Origin: an uncultured Planctomycetota bacterium
GTDB taxonomy: Bacteria > Planctomycetota > Planctomycetia > Isosphaerales > Isosphaeraceae
Assembly: GCA_963823665.1 (NCBI GenBank)
Contig: CAWGMQ010000011.1
Coordinates: 1,056,001 to 1,120,000 of the forward strand
Reading direction: 5' to 3'
Length of the DNA: 64,000 nt
The notes beneath the pieces were generated by a model, which worked only from the letters and a program-made list of their open reading frames with translations, had not been told where the DNA came from and did not search any database. Shown one piece after another: positions 9,250-19,871 of this stretch (positions are counted from its first letter, which is position 1; the number at the start of each line of letters is the position of its first letter). Both the position numbers and the translations under genes were made by a program.

Positions 9250-10577
9250 CCCGGCGCCCTCCCTGCCGATTTCCCGCCCGCCGATCCAGCTCATACGGCT
9301 GAATCGGCAAACTGTAGTCGTCTTGCAAAAACAGATTCTTATGCAAATCCCCGTGCTGATTATGATCGCGCGGCGGGTGCAGAACTGACTGGTACAGACC
9401 ATCGAGACAGGGAAACCCCAGAAGCGCCACCAGAAACACTGCTCTCCCTATTCGGCAGAGCCCCGCGATCCGATCGCACACCCGGTATGCCCCCAGCCCG
9501 ATCAAGAGATAGAACGCCGGAACCAGCTCCAGGATCAAGCGCCCGTGAAACGGATATCGGCCCATTGCCGACGCAACCATCGCCAGTACGACCGGTACGA
9601 TGAACACGACGAAGCCCGGCCACGACCGCCGCGCCAGCGCCACCGTTCCGATGAAGAACACCAGGAGCGGCAATAGCACGCCCGTCCAGCGCGGATGGAC
9701 CATATTGAGCGGATTGACAAATACCTCGAGCAGAATTCCCACTGTTTTCAAAGTCCTGAGCATGGACATCGGCAGCGGCCAGATCGGCAAAAAAGCAAAA
9801 TCCCAGAACTGGTACATCGACGTATGTGTGCTGAGCATGGCATGTGAATACTTATAAGCCGCGATGAAGCTCAAGCCCCACGCCATCCCCACCATGCACC
9901 AGAGGGCCGCATCACGCAGTCGCCCGGAGACGAGACAGCGCGAGATCAGGGCCATTCCGCAGCCCGCAATGATGAACACTGCGGGAAAGGAGAACCACGG
10001 CGAAGCGACCGCAAGGATTGCCATCCCGCAGCAAGTCCGGCCCGTGATCGGCCGGCCGATCGTATTCACCGTCGCGAGCGCCATTGCCACGGCAATCGCG
10101 ACGTCAAGCGAATACTGTTTCACCTCACTCGAATAATAGATCAAGTCGTCCGAAAGCGCAAACAGCGAGAGAGCCACGAGCGCCGCACCCCTGGGGAGAA
10201 CCTTGAGCGCCAGCGGCCGAAACAAGAAGAGCGCAAAGAGCCCGGCGAGCAGCGGGATCAATCGGCCGACCGGCCGGTAAACGCCGAACAGAGCTACAAG
10301 CGCTCGCTCCAGGATCATGAAGCCGAATGGGGCGAGCTGATCGGCCGAGTACTCACTCGAAAACGCGTAGATCGGCGACCCGGCGATGTTCCCCCACAAC
10401 GATCGTTCATCAAAGCAGAAACCGTGGTTCCTCGCATAGACGAAGAGACGCAGACAGCCGCCGAGCCCGACCAGCAGCAGCTCAGGGTGGTCTTTCAGCC
10501 AGACCCAGCCGCGTGCGAACTCCTGATCGATCGATCGCGAGAACAAAGTCGTGCCGCGCTGCGAGTACCTTGCCCAT
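9250..10577 (-). CDS. Polytopic membrane protein, GT-C/ArnT-PMT-like glycosyltransferase; both ends uncertain
   Basis: CFDE, QLAPFGF, LIYYSSEVKQYS, PWFSFPAVF, YPFHGRL and about 10 hydrophobic segments. Probable true start ATG 10577 (MGKVLAARH) with an indel in the GATC repeat at ~10525-10536. The true stop is probably near 9.2-9.3 kb. Confidence 0.6.
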
Positions 10578-10670
10578 TCCCGTCAATCCCGAATGCAGCG
10601 GCCGCCGTGTACAAGGGCTGATTCGCACTGCGCACGCCACGTGGCTCGCGGCACAGGCGACACGCACATT

Positions 10671-11603
10671 TCAAGCCGCGCCGCTTCTCGCCTGGGCGTC
10701 GACCTCACGCATCGCCTTGAACGCGGCCATCGGATCGCCCTTGGGGCTCATCTCCATGCCGATCTCGCCGGTATAGCCAACGTCGTGGATCGTCCGCAGC
10801 ACAAACGCGTAGTTGATTTCCCCCGTCGTAGGCTCATGGCGGCCGGGGTGGTCGGCAAGCTGGTAATAGCCAATCAAATCATGATATTTACGAATGTTGC
10901 CCGACAGGTTACCCTCGCTGATCTGCTGGTGGTAGATGTCGAAGAGCATCTTGACGTTCGGTGAGCCCACCGCCTTGAGTATGCTCGCCGCATGCGCCGA
11001 ATGGACGACGAGCTGCCGCGGGTGATCCACCAGCACGTTCAGCGGCTCGAGGATGATGGTGATGCCCTCCGGCTCGAGGATCTTGGCACCCGACTTGAGC
11101 GCCGTTACCACGGCCTGAGTTTGCTCGTCGCGGGATGCGCCAGCGGTCTCTTCGCCGGCCACGACGCAGATCTTTTTGACCCCCAGTTTCTTGGCGACCG
11201 GCACCGCGCTGCGAATTTCTTCCTCGAATTCCTCGCGCCGCGCCGGGTCGGGATTGGTGATGCCGTGTCCGAACCCCTTGACCGGCGACGCCGAGAACTG
11301 AGCTGGAACGAGCCCGAGCTCCCGGTTGAGCGACACGATCGCATCGATATCCTTGTTCCGCCACGGCCAGAACTCGTAGTGCGAGAACCCAGCCTCCTTC
11401 ACCTTGCGCAGTCGATCGAGGAACGGCAGCCTGCCCCAGGTCATCTCGACGTTGACCGCGTAGGTCAGCCAGGTCCCGTCAGGATTCGTGTCGGAATTCT
11501 CCGGCGCGGCGAGCAGCGGGCGAGCGCCGGCGGCCAGTTGCGACGAAACGGCACCCGCACTCGCAAAGGCGCCCATTGCGAGGATCTTGCGGCGGCTAAG
11601 CAT
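10671..11603 (-). CDS. Hydroxypyruvate isomerase / xylose-isomerase-like TIM-barrel protein with Tat signal
   Basis: N-terminal SRRKIL twin-arginine motif plus hydrophobic stretch; ILEPLN, LFDIYHQQISEGN, QLADHPGRHEPTTGEINY, GYTGEIGME. Confidence 0.85.
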   Translation of the reverse strand: MLSRRKILAMGAFASAGAVSSQLAAGARPLLAAPENSDTNPDGTWLTYAVNVEMTWGRLPFLDRLRKVKEAGFSHYEFWPWRNKDIDAIVSLNRELGLVPAQFSASPVKGFGHGITNPDPARREEFEEEIRSAVPVAKKLGVKKICVVAGEETAGASRDEQTQAVVTALKSGAKILEPEGITIILEPLNVLVDHPRQLVVHSAHAASILKAVGSPNVKMLFDIYHQQISEGNLSGNIRKYHDLIGYYQLADHPGRHEPTTGEINYAFVLRTIHDVGYTGEIGMEMSPKGDPMAAFKAMREVDAQARSGAA

Positions 11604-11765
11604 GGTGTTCTCCTCGATTGGTGACTCAAACCACGGCCTGGCGAAACAGTCCGGCTACTCGCGCGCACTCGAGCGCAAACCGCCGGCCACTCCGTCCGCT
11701 CGGGCGGATATCCTAACACACCGGCTCGCGGTATGCTGGTGTTTTCCCTTCTGGGAGGTCCCCGC

Positions 11766-12429
11766 TTGCTCATCACCTGGTACGGCCACGCGGCATTCCT
11801 GATCGAAACCGAGGGCTCGCGGATCATCCTCGACCCGTATCGATCTCCGGACTCTGGCGGCTACGAGCCGATTGCCGAGCCCGCGGATCTCGTCGTCGTG
11901 AGCCACGAAAACGACCGCTATCACAGCCATCTCGGCCAGATCGTGCCTCCGTTTGAGACCATGCGGGCTCTCGAGCTGCCGCGAGAAGGCTGGGTCTTTC
12001 GCGGCATCAGGTTTCAGGCGATCCACGTTTTCGAGACGCCCGCGCGGCTTGCCCGAAGACGAAGTGACCATCGTTTATTTCTGCGCCGAGGGATCTGCAC
12101 CTCGTCTTCCTGGGCGACCTGGGTCACACGCTCTCGAAATCCGAGGTGGCCCAGATCCGCGGCGCCGACATCGTGCTGGCCGCCGCCGGCGGCCCACCCA
12201 CGATCGCTCTGGCCGATCTGCCGCCGCTCTTGCATGACATCGGGGCCCGCGTCGTGATTCCGATGCACTTCAAGACTCCCAGGATCAACCTGAAGATTGC
12301 ACCGCTCGAAGAATTCCTGGCCGTCATGGCCAGCACCCCGTCGAACGCGCCGGAGCAACGTCGATCGAGATCACGCGCGACTCGCTCCCCCGGAACCAGA
12401 CGATCGTCATCCTCGAGCACGCCCGTTAA
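11766..12429 (+). CDS. MBL-fold metallo-hydrolase (three apparent frameshifts at ~12050, ~12090, ~12340)
   Basis: SD GGAGG then TTG; ITWYGHAAFLIE, IILDPY, ADLVVVSHE, FLGDLGH, VVIPMHFKT; rejoined C-terminus ...TIVILEHAR* (TAA 12427-12429). Confidence 0.75.
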
Positions 12430-12471
12430 CGCGTTCCGGGCGCCCTGGTCGACGACCTCGGCCCGCCGGAA

Positions 12472-13479
12472 ATGGGAGACCAGGCATATTTCAATACCGT
12501 TCCCCGCTCGGATATGGTCCCCGCGCTCGAGCCACGATTCAGTTCCCGCTCGATCTTCCACGGCAAGGGCTCTTTCAGCGATCGCCAGCTCGGCAGCCTG
12601 GACGGCGCTGGAGTCGTGCACTTCGGTGGCCACGGACATCCCGATCGGATTGATGACGGTCTCACCGCGTCTCAGATTCCGAAGCTCACGCTGGCCCCAT
12701 GCATCGTGTTCAACGGCGCTTGCTTCACCGGGGTAACCGGCCGCTGGTATGACCGGATCGGTACCGAGGTCGCTGGCAAGGTGGTTGCCCCGGATGAGAG
12801 TTTTTGCCTGAAGATGCTCGACAGCAATGCGATCGCCTATCTCGCGGCCCTGCATCCCGACCACGGAATGCCGGTGTACCAGGAGATGGAGTATCTCTCC
12901 TATCGCGGCGGCTCCGTTGGTGATGTGATCAAGAGTACTTATGATGGCATCGTCGTCGCGGCCGGCGGCAAGATGCCAGAGTTCGAGCAACTGAGGGCCG
13001 GCATGGCGCCGCCCCGGTGGCGACCCGCCGATTTCATGCTCAAGGGCACTGCCGCGCGGGTTCTTTTCGGCGACCCGGCACTGGTCCCATGCGACGCCTT
13101 CGCCCCCGCGCCGTTCACGATTATCGCGCAAGAGAAAGGCGATGAGATTCGGGTGACTGCGACACTCGCTAGCATTTCCCTGAAGACGAGTCTCACCGAC
13201 ACCTACTGGAACGACCTCAATTCACGAGCGCCCTTCAATGACCGCGCCTTGATCGTCATCGATCTTCCTCCAAGCTGGGCGTCGATCGAAAAGATCGAGC
13301 CGGTACTCGTGAAAGCCGCCGGCGTCACGCTGCCGCATCGCATCATGGGCAATGCGATCGAGATCGATCAGGAAAAACACCGGTTGCACGTGCAGGTGGA
13401 CGTGCCGGCGACCGGGTTTCAACAGTCGAAGTTCCGCGTTGCAGGCGCGACTGTGGAGCTCGTGGTGCATCGGGGATGA
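12472..13479 (+). CDS. Clan CD (gingipain C25/CHAT-like) cysteine peptidase-like protein, possibly 5'-truncated
   Basis: VVHFGGHG and IVFNGACFTG give a His-Cys dyad pattern; LFGDPAL is typical of the C25 C-terminus; no signal peptide or SD seen. Confidence 0.55.
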   Translation: MGDQAYFNTVPRSDMVPALEPRFSSRSIFHGKGSFSDRQLGSLDGAGVVHFGGHGHPDRIDDGLTASQIPKLTLAPCIVFNGACFTGVTGRWYDRIGTEVAGKVVAPDESFCLKMLDSNAIAYLAALHPDHGMPVYQEMEYLSYRGGSVGDVIKSTYDGIVVAAGGKMPEFEQLRAGMAPPRWRPADFMLKGTAARVLFGDPALVPCDAFAPAPFTIIAQEKGDEIRVTATLASISLKTSLTDTYWNDLNSRAPFNDRALIVIDLPPSWASIEKIEPVLVKAAGVTLPHRIMGNAIEIDQEKHRLHVQVDVPATGFQQSKFRVAGATVELVVHRG

Positions 13480-13487
13480 CCCGGAAT

Positions 13488-14649
13488 CTACAACTCCCGC
13501 AGCGCACTGATCACATCGAGCCGCACCGCGCGAACCGCCGGAAGCATGCCGCCGAAGAGCCCCATCACGAGCGTCATGATCAGGGCAACGCCCATCACCA
13601 GCGGCCCGAACCGGAATGACACCGTCACCGAGGCAAAGCTGTTGAAATCGCTCGTTTCATAGGTCAGTGCATTGAGCGGCAGCGTCGCCAGCAGCCCCGC
13701 GGCCCCGCCCAGGGCACAGAGCAAGATCGACTCGCCCAAGAAACTGATCAAAACGTCAAATTGTGAAAACCCAAGCGCCCGCATCGTACCGATCTCGCGA
13801 GTGCGGGTGGCCACCGCGGCAAACATCGTGTTCGCCGACGCAAACATGGCACCAAATGTGAGGAGCACCGCGATCAGCGTGCCCGCTCCCTTCAAGAAGA
13901 GACTCGAGCTGGTCTGGGTCTCGAAATACGTCGATTCGGGTATCGCCGCCAGCTTGAAGCGTTCATCCTTGTCGATCGTTTCGATGAGCTTGGTGCGTTC
14001 AGCGGGCCCCTGCGCCGGAGTTGCACGCACGAGACCGAGCCGTCGCGCCCGTGTTTCTCACCACGTCGTCGAAATCGGCCCACACCTCGCTCTCGGCCGC
14101 GCTGCCTCCGGCGGTGAAGATCCCCACAACCGTGTATTTTTCCTTTGGCCCGAAATCCAGGGTGCCGCCGACCTGTGCGCCCTTGAACCGCGCCGACATC
14201 TTCTGGCTGACGATGCATTCTTCCTTGCCGGTCTGGAAATCCCGGCCGGCGATGATCTTGAATTGGGGACGCAGAGCCCGCGACGCCGGCTGCACCCCGC
14301 GCACGATGATGTTCGTGGTCGTCCCGTTCTGGCGCTGGGCGATCGGGATGTTCAGCAGTTCCTCAGCGGCGATCGGATTGCCGTCCTTGTCCTTCTCAAT
14401 CCCTGGCAAGACCAGCAGATCGTCGGCCTTCGAGGTCTCGAAGCCGCCCGTGGTCTCTGTCACCGAGCCCTTGCGCATCACGATCAAGTCAAGCGGGTCG
14501 CCCGAGATCTTCAGGCTGTGCTCGAGCCCTTCCACCAGACCGAACAGGATGCACGACGACCAGACGACCAGCCCCGTCCCCAGCGTGGTCATCACCGTCG
14601 TCTTCCAGCGCACCTGCAGGTTGCGAACGTTGTATTTGAGCGGGATCAT
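13488..14649 (-). CDS. ABC transporter permease, MacB/FtsX family (frameshift near 14040)
   Basis: MIPLKYNVRNL...GRDF...VVGIF; C-terminal half NTMFAAVATRTREIGTMRALGF...LPAVRAVRL. Confidence 0.85.
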
Positions 14650-14655
14650 GGCAGC

Positions 14656-15852
14656 TCAGATCACCCTCCGTAGACCATCGATCACGTGAAGATTCGCTGC
14701 CCGCACGGCCGGGTAGAAGCCGCTCGCCAGCCCGACGAGCAGCGAGATCGCCAGGCCCTGAAGCGCAATGTTCCACGGCACGTAGTAGAAAGGCAGAAAG
14801 CCGCCGGAGTACTTGGATAAATCAACGACATCGCAGAACGCCTTCGATCCCAGCGCCCCGAGCACCCCCCCTGCCCCCGCCACCAGCACGGCCTCGGTCA
14901 AGACCATGAAGAGGATCAGCGGGCGGGTGAAGCCGATCGCCTTGAGCACGGCGACTTCGCTCGTCCGCTCGCGCATCGACATCGCCATCGAATTGGCCGC
15001 GACACAGAGCAGGGAGAAAATCACGGCCAGGCTGATCACGCGAATCATCCCCCTCATGTCGCCCAGCATTTCCTCGAACATCTTGCCGAACGCTTCTTCC
15101 GTCTGCGTTCGCGTCGGAAACTCGCTGTTGCGGTACATGTCGTCGATCTGCTTGCAAAGCGGCGCCATCTCGTTGGCCGAATTGCACCGAATGAAGATCA
15201 TGCCCGCGTTCCCCGAAACGCGCGCGCTCGCCGGACGCAGCGCGCCGCCGGAGCTGAAGACCGCCTTCTTGAGCAGCTCGTCGAAGTAGTCCCAGCGCAG
15301 CAGGCACATCCGCAGGTCGCGATTCGACGGCCCGTCGTAAATCGCCCGGATCGTCAGATTCAAGTCAACCGGGTAGGTCGCCCTCGCAATCGGCAGAGTA
15401 TCGCCAACGGAAAGCTTCTCCTCATCGGCCAGTTTTCTGCCGATCGCGCAGCCGTCCATGTTTTCCTGGAATGCTTTGAGCTCTGCCTCCGGCACCGTGA
15501 ACTCGCTCATGACGGTGAAGATCGTCTTGGGGTCGATCGCAAACTGCGCAAACGGCATCGGCCGATCTTTATATTTGCCGCCGACCCAGTTAAAAGGCGT
15601 GACGGCAAGCACTCCGTCCAGCTCGGCGATCTCGTTCACCCGCGCGATCGGGATCATCCCGGCGAAGCCGTTGGCGTTGAGCGCGGCGATCCGGTTGTAG
15701 ATCCTTGTCGAGGAATTGGCCTCGTCGCTGATCGCGAAGAACGAGAGCAGGATCATCATCAAGCAGAGGCAGATCGCCGTCGAGGCGATCGTCAAGAGCG
15801 ATCGCACCGGATTGCGCCGGGCGTTGCGAAAGATGTAGGTGAAGTACTTCAT
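14656..15852 (-). CDS. ABC transporter permease, MacB/FtsX family
   Basis: [44 protein letters not shown]. Confidence 0.9.
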   Translation of the reverse strand: MKYFTYIFRNARRNPVRSLLTIASTAICLCLMMILLSFFAISDEANSSTRIYNRIAALNANGFAGMIPIARVNEIAELDGVLAVTPFNWVGGKYKDRPMPFAQFAIDPKTIFTVMSEFTVPEAELKAFQENMDGCAIGRKLADEEKLSVGDTLPIARATYPVDLNLTIRAIYDGPSNRDLRMCLLRWDYFDELLKKAVFSSGGALRPASARVSGNAGMIFIRCNSANEMAPLCKQIDDMYRNSEFPTRTQTEEAFGKMFEEMLGDMRGMIRVISLAVIFSLLCVAANSMAMSMRERTSEVAVLKAIGFTRPLILFMVLTEAVLVAGAGGVLGALGSKAFCDVVDLSKYSGGFLPFYYVPWNIALQGLAISLLVGLASGFYPAVRAANLHVIDGLRRVI

Positions 15853-16565
15853 TTGGCCGTCGGCACCTGGCCCTCCGGAATCACCTCGTCAACCAGCCGG
15901 CCCTTGTCAAGATGCAGCGTCATGCTGGCACGCTGCGCGGCCAGCGGGTCGTGCGTCACCATCACGATCGTCTTCCGGAACTCGCGATTGAGCTGCACCA
16001 GTAGCTCGAGGATCTCGCTGCCGGTGGCGCGGTCAAGATCGCCGGTCGGCTCGTCCGCTACCAGAAGGTAAGGGTCGGTGACAATCGCTCTCGCAATCGC
16101 CACCCGCTGCTCCTGACCGCCGGAAAGCTGCCGCGGATAATGATGCTCGCGGCCGGTGAGCCCGACGATCCGAAGCGCTGTCGCCACATTTTCACGCCGC
16201 TTGCGCCGGGAAAGGTGCGTCAGCAACAGCGGCAGCTCGACGTTCTCGAGCGCCGTCAGCACGGGGATAAGATTATAAGTCTGAAAAATGAAGCCGACGT
16301 TGTTGGCCCGCCAGCGGGTGATCTCGCTCTCGGAGAGCTCGCCCAAGTCCTGCCCGTGCACGATCACCTCACCGGCCGTCGCGCGATCGAGCCCGGCAAT
16401 CAAGTTGAGAAGCGTGGTCTTGCCCGATCCCGACGGGCCCATGAGCGCCAGGAACTCGCCTTCCTCGATCGTCAAATCGAGGTCGGTCAGCACCGGGATG
16501 CGAAACGCGTCGCGGTGGTATTCCTTGTCCACCCCGCGCAAAACAATCGAAGGCATTTCCGCCAT
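15849..16565 (-). CDS. ABC transporter ATP-binding protein (LolD/MacB-like)
   Basis: Walker A GPSGSGKT, signature LSGGQEQRV, Walker [10 protein letters not shown]-loop MVTHD. Confidence 0.95.
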   Translation of the reverse strand: MAEMPSIVLRGVDKEYHRDAFRIPVLTDLDLTIEEGEFLALMGPSGSGKTTLLNLIAGLDRATAGEVIVHGQDLGELSESEITRWRANNVGFIFQTYNLIPVLTALENVELPLLLTHLSRRKRRENVATALRIVGLTGREHHYPRQLSGGQEQRVAIARAIVTDPYLLVADEPTGDLDRATGSEILELLVQLNREFRKTIVMVTHDPLAAQRASMTLHLDKGRLVDEVIPEGQVPTAK

Positions 16566-16591
16566 GGAGCCCCAACCCTTTGTTCTCGATC

Positions 16592-17879
16592 CTATTCCTT
16601 GACCCTCACCTTATCGTAATCTCGCAACGTTTTGGGTGGGTTCAAGACAACCGAGTCGTCGAGCTTGAGCCCCGACTCGACCCGCGCCAGGTCTTCGGTG
16701 CTATTCGCAATCTGGACCTCGTTCTTGCGCACGATGTTGTCCTTTTGAACCAACCAGACGTAATCGTGGCCGCTGTCGTTGAACACCGCTGCCTTGTTCA
16801 CGAACAGAAACGTCTTGCTGGCAGCCGGACTGTTGGCTGACTCACTGGGCAGGAAATAAACCTTCGCGGCGAGCTCGGGGAACAGGTTGTCGTCGGGATC
16901 GAGGATCTCCACTTTCACCTTGAGCGTCTTGCGAGTTCGGTCGCTCATCGGCAAGACCTGGCGCAGCCGGCCGCGGTATCGCTTCGACGGAATCGCCGAG
17001 ACCGAAACCGACGCCGGCTGGCCGAGCGCAATCCGCCACAAGTGCCCCTCCGAAATATCCGTCTCGACGTCCATGTGCCTCAAGTCGGCAATCGTCACGA
17101 CGGCCGACCGGCCCAGCGACGAGCTCATCGACGTGGGCGAGATGATCTCTCCGACCTCGCCCTGCTTCTCGACGACCGTTCCGTCAAACGGAGCATACAG
17201 GTGCATCGTGAAGATCGTCGCCTTGATCTCGTCGGTATTCGACTTCACGAGCTTGACAGCCGCTTCGAGCGCAGCCACTCGGGCCGTCGCTTTCTTGTGC
17301 TCGGCCTGCGCTTTCTCGTATTCCTCGGCGGTTGCCTTCTTCTGGTTGTAAAGCCGGGTTACCCGGTAGTCTTCCCGCTCCTTGGCCCAGAGATCGGCCC
17401 GTTCTTCGTCGAGCTCGGCCGCCGTCCGCTCCGCCTGCGCTTGCCGCGAAGCCAGCATCGCCTTCAAATCGTTGTGCTCGATGACGGCGAGCGTATCCCC
17501 CTTCTTGACCTTGTCGCCTTCGATCACCCGCATCTCCTCGACTCTGCCGGCGATCTTGGTGCCGATTGTCGCCTGATACCGCGACTTCAAGTAACCCGTC
17601 GCATCGAGCAGCGTCGATGCCTCCGCCCAGGTCTTCGCCGAGACGCGCGCAGATTGTCACCTCCGCACGCGATCGCATCTGGTCATACTGGCGATATCCG
17701 TACACGCCCGCGGCGCCCAAAAGTCCGAGCGGAAGCATCCACAGCATCCACGAGATCAGCCGCAGTACCCCGCCGCCCCGGCGCGGCGATGGCTTGCCAC
17801 GACCGTTCCGAGCGGCTTTGATCGAGTTGGGACGATCGATCTTGAGCGACGCAAGTTCTTCCCGTAGCGTACTCGCCAT
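16592..17879 (-). CDS. Efflux membrane-fusion (periplasmic adaptor) protein (frameshift near 17640)
   Basis: [18 protein letters not shown] helix, then ATGYL...KIAGRV...EGDKVKKGD, coiled coil, [17 protein letters not shown]. Confidence 0.85.
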
Positions 17880-17984
17880 GTCCACCTCAAACCCGAACGG
17901 CTCAGTCCAGGTTAACTCATGCGAATCGATTGCAGACTCGACGGGTTGCCTGCAAGAACAGAATGTGAACGGTACTCTGTGAAA

Positions 17985-18013
17985 ATTATAACGAAGTCGG
18001 TTTGAAGCGTCGA
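17985..18013 (-). promoter_or_regulatory. Putative sigma70 promoter for the MFP/ABC operon
   Basis: Minus strand TCGACG-N17-TATAAT (perfect -10 at 17990-17985), about 105 bp upstream of ATG 17879. Confidence 0.5.
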
Positions 18014-18042
18014 GTCGAGTGAAAGGGAAAGGGAAAACGATC

Positions 18043-19064
18043 ATGCTGGTCGTGATGAAGAGCCAGTCGAGCCCTGAAGAGATCGAGGCCGTGCTGGAAT
18101 CGATCCGGAGAATGGGGCTGACGCCGCACCCGATGCCCGGCGCCACCCGCACCGCGATCGGAATCACCGGAAACACGGGCGCCGTTGATCCCCGCACGAT
18201 CGAGGTCTTGCCCGGCGTCCACGAGCTGCTCCGCGTCACCAAGCCGTACAAGCTCGCCAGCCGCGAGATGCGCGGCCACGACACGATCGTGCGCACGGAT
18301 CACGGCACCTTCGGCGGGAGCACGTTTACGATCATTGCCGGCCCGTGCTCGGTCGAGGACGAGGCGACGCTACTCCGCACGGCCGAGTGGCTGATGGCCC
18401 ACGGCATCCGTTTCCTGCGCGCGGCGCGTTCAAGCCGCGCACCAGCCCCTACGCCTTTCAAGGTCTGGGGCTCGAGGGCCTCGAAATCCTGCAGCGAGCA
18501 CGGCAGAAAACCGGGATCGCCGTCGTCACCGAGCTCATGGACACCGAAAACGCCGACGCGGTCGAGGCTGTCGCCGATATCATTCAAATCGGCGCCCGCA
18601 ACATGCAGAACTTCAGCTTGCTGCGGCGGGTTGCGCGTGCGCGGCAGCCGGTGGTCCTCAAGCGCGGGATGTCGGCGACGCTCGAGGAATGGCTGATGTC
18701 CGCCGAATACTTGCTTTCCGGCGGGAATTACAACGTCATTCTGTGTGAGCGCGGCGTGCGAACGTTCTCGGACCACAGCCGCAACACGCTGGACCTCTCG
18801 GTGATCCCGCCGGCCAAGGCACTCTCGCACTTGCCGATTCTGGTCGACCCCAGCCACGGCACCGGCAAGCGCGACTACGTACCACCGATGGCCCTGGCCG
18901 CTCTGGCCTCCGGTGCCGACGGCCTGCTGATCGAAGTTCATCCGAGCCCCGATCGGGCCCTCTCCGACGGCGCTCAATCCCTCGATTTCGATCGTTTCGA
19001 GCAGCTCCTTCTGCAGCTTCGCAAGCTCGCTGAACCCCTGGGCCGCACCTGTGAGTTCGGCTGA
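18043..19064 (+). CDS. aroF: 3-deoxy-7-phosphoheptulonate (DAHP) synthase, type I-beta with N-terminal regulatory domain (frameshift near 18420)
   Basis: [62 protein letters not shown]. Restoring one G gives [11 protein letters not shown]. Confidence 0.9.
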
Positions 19065-19083
19065 TCGGCCACAACGATCTTCT

Positions 19084-19228
19084 GTAGTAGGCACACTCCG
19101 TGTGCCGTAACCGGAAACATCGACGCATGCTGTCGAGCGAGTAGGACTCTCGCGTGGAATGTGGCTCGTCGGTCACGAACGCTTCGTCCGCGCAAATTGG
19201 CGGGCGGCACACGGAGTGTGCCTGCTAC
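19084..19228. repeat. Inverted pair of GTAG-type REP palindromes (REPIN-like)
   Basis: GTAGTAGGCACACTCCGTGTGCCG (19084-19107) and CGGCACACGGAGTGTGCCTGCTAC (19205-19228) are reverse complements at 23/24 positions; each holds the hairpin GGCACAC-N3-GTGTGCC. Confidence 0.8.
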
Positions 19229-19358
19229 ATCGAGCCAACGGAATGTTGCCACACAATTCGGCCAACCGCTCTGGCACTTACCTACGACTTTTGTCACAAT
19301 CTGCCTGGCAGTGCAAACTCGGATCACGTCGTTCCTGTTCCCCCGAGGGGCCTGCAAA

Positions 19359-19871
19359 ATGAACAACGAGGAATATCTCGCGCAAGTCACGATCCCGGTC
19401 CCCTGCCCTCAGGAATGGCGGCGGATGCGCGGCGACGGGCGTACGCGCCATTGCGACCTCTGCGGCAAGAACGTGCACAACCTGGCGGCCATGACCGCGG
19501 ATGAGGTCGTCGCACTCATCAAGAAGAGTGACGGCCCCGAGATTTGCGGGCTCGTCACGCGACGACCCGACGGGGCGCTTCTCACTTCCGATCGCCAACC
19601 GAGGCTATCCCGCCTCTCGAACCCCTGGCAGTTCAAGATTGGCGGTCTGATGGCTTTCATCGCGTGCCTGGCGCCCTTGTTCGGGATGATCCGTTTCCTC
19701 ACAAACTCGCCGGTGAGGTTCGCCGGCGCAATCCGAGTGCGGTCGGCGTATTCCGGCAGTGCAGCGCAATGCTCCGACACCGACCCGGACGAAGTACTCG
19801 ACCCCGAAGCGTGCCTAGACTCGCCCCCAACCACCGACCCAACCCCTTCGCCGTCAGGATCGCACCCATGA
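19359..19871 (+). CDS. Hypothetical membrane protein with N-terminal four-Cys domain (paralog 1)
   Basis: IPVPCPQEWRRMRGDGRTRHCDLCGKNVHNL...EICG, followed by a TM segment. Confidence 0.75.
   Translation: MNNEEYLAQVTIPVPCPQEWRRMRGDGRTRHCDLCGKNVHNLAAMTADEVVALIKKSDGPEICGLVTRRPDGALLTSDRQPRLSRLSNPWQFKIGGLMAFIACLAPLFGMIRFLTNSPVRFAGAIRVRSAYSGSAAQCSDTDPDEVLDPEACLDSPPTTDPTPSPSGSHP

Noticed and set aside
8024..9250. C-terminal half of the 840-aa minus-strand ORF as a real fusion or overlapping gene
   Set aside because: It is the antisense of a well-conserved oxidoreductase; a lost stop from an indel near 9.28 kb is more likely.
13488..17879. Type I secretion system for the giant protein
   Set aside because: Components are MacB/FtsX-type permeases with a separate LolD-like ATPase, not an HlyB-type exporter; no TolC gene is present.
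18400..18440. Programmed frameshifting in aroF, nnrD and the other split genes
   Set aside because: No slippery heptamers; single-base losses in G/C runs across unrelated genes point to sequencing error.
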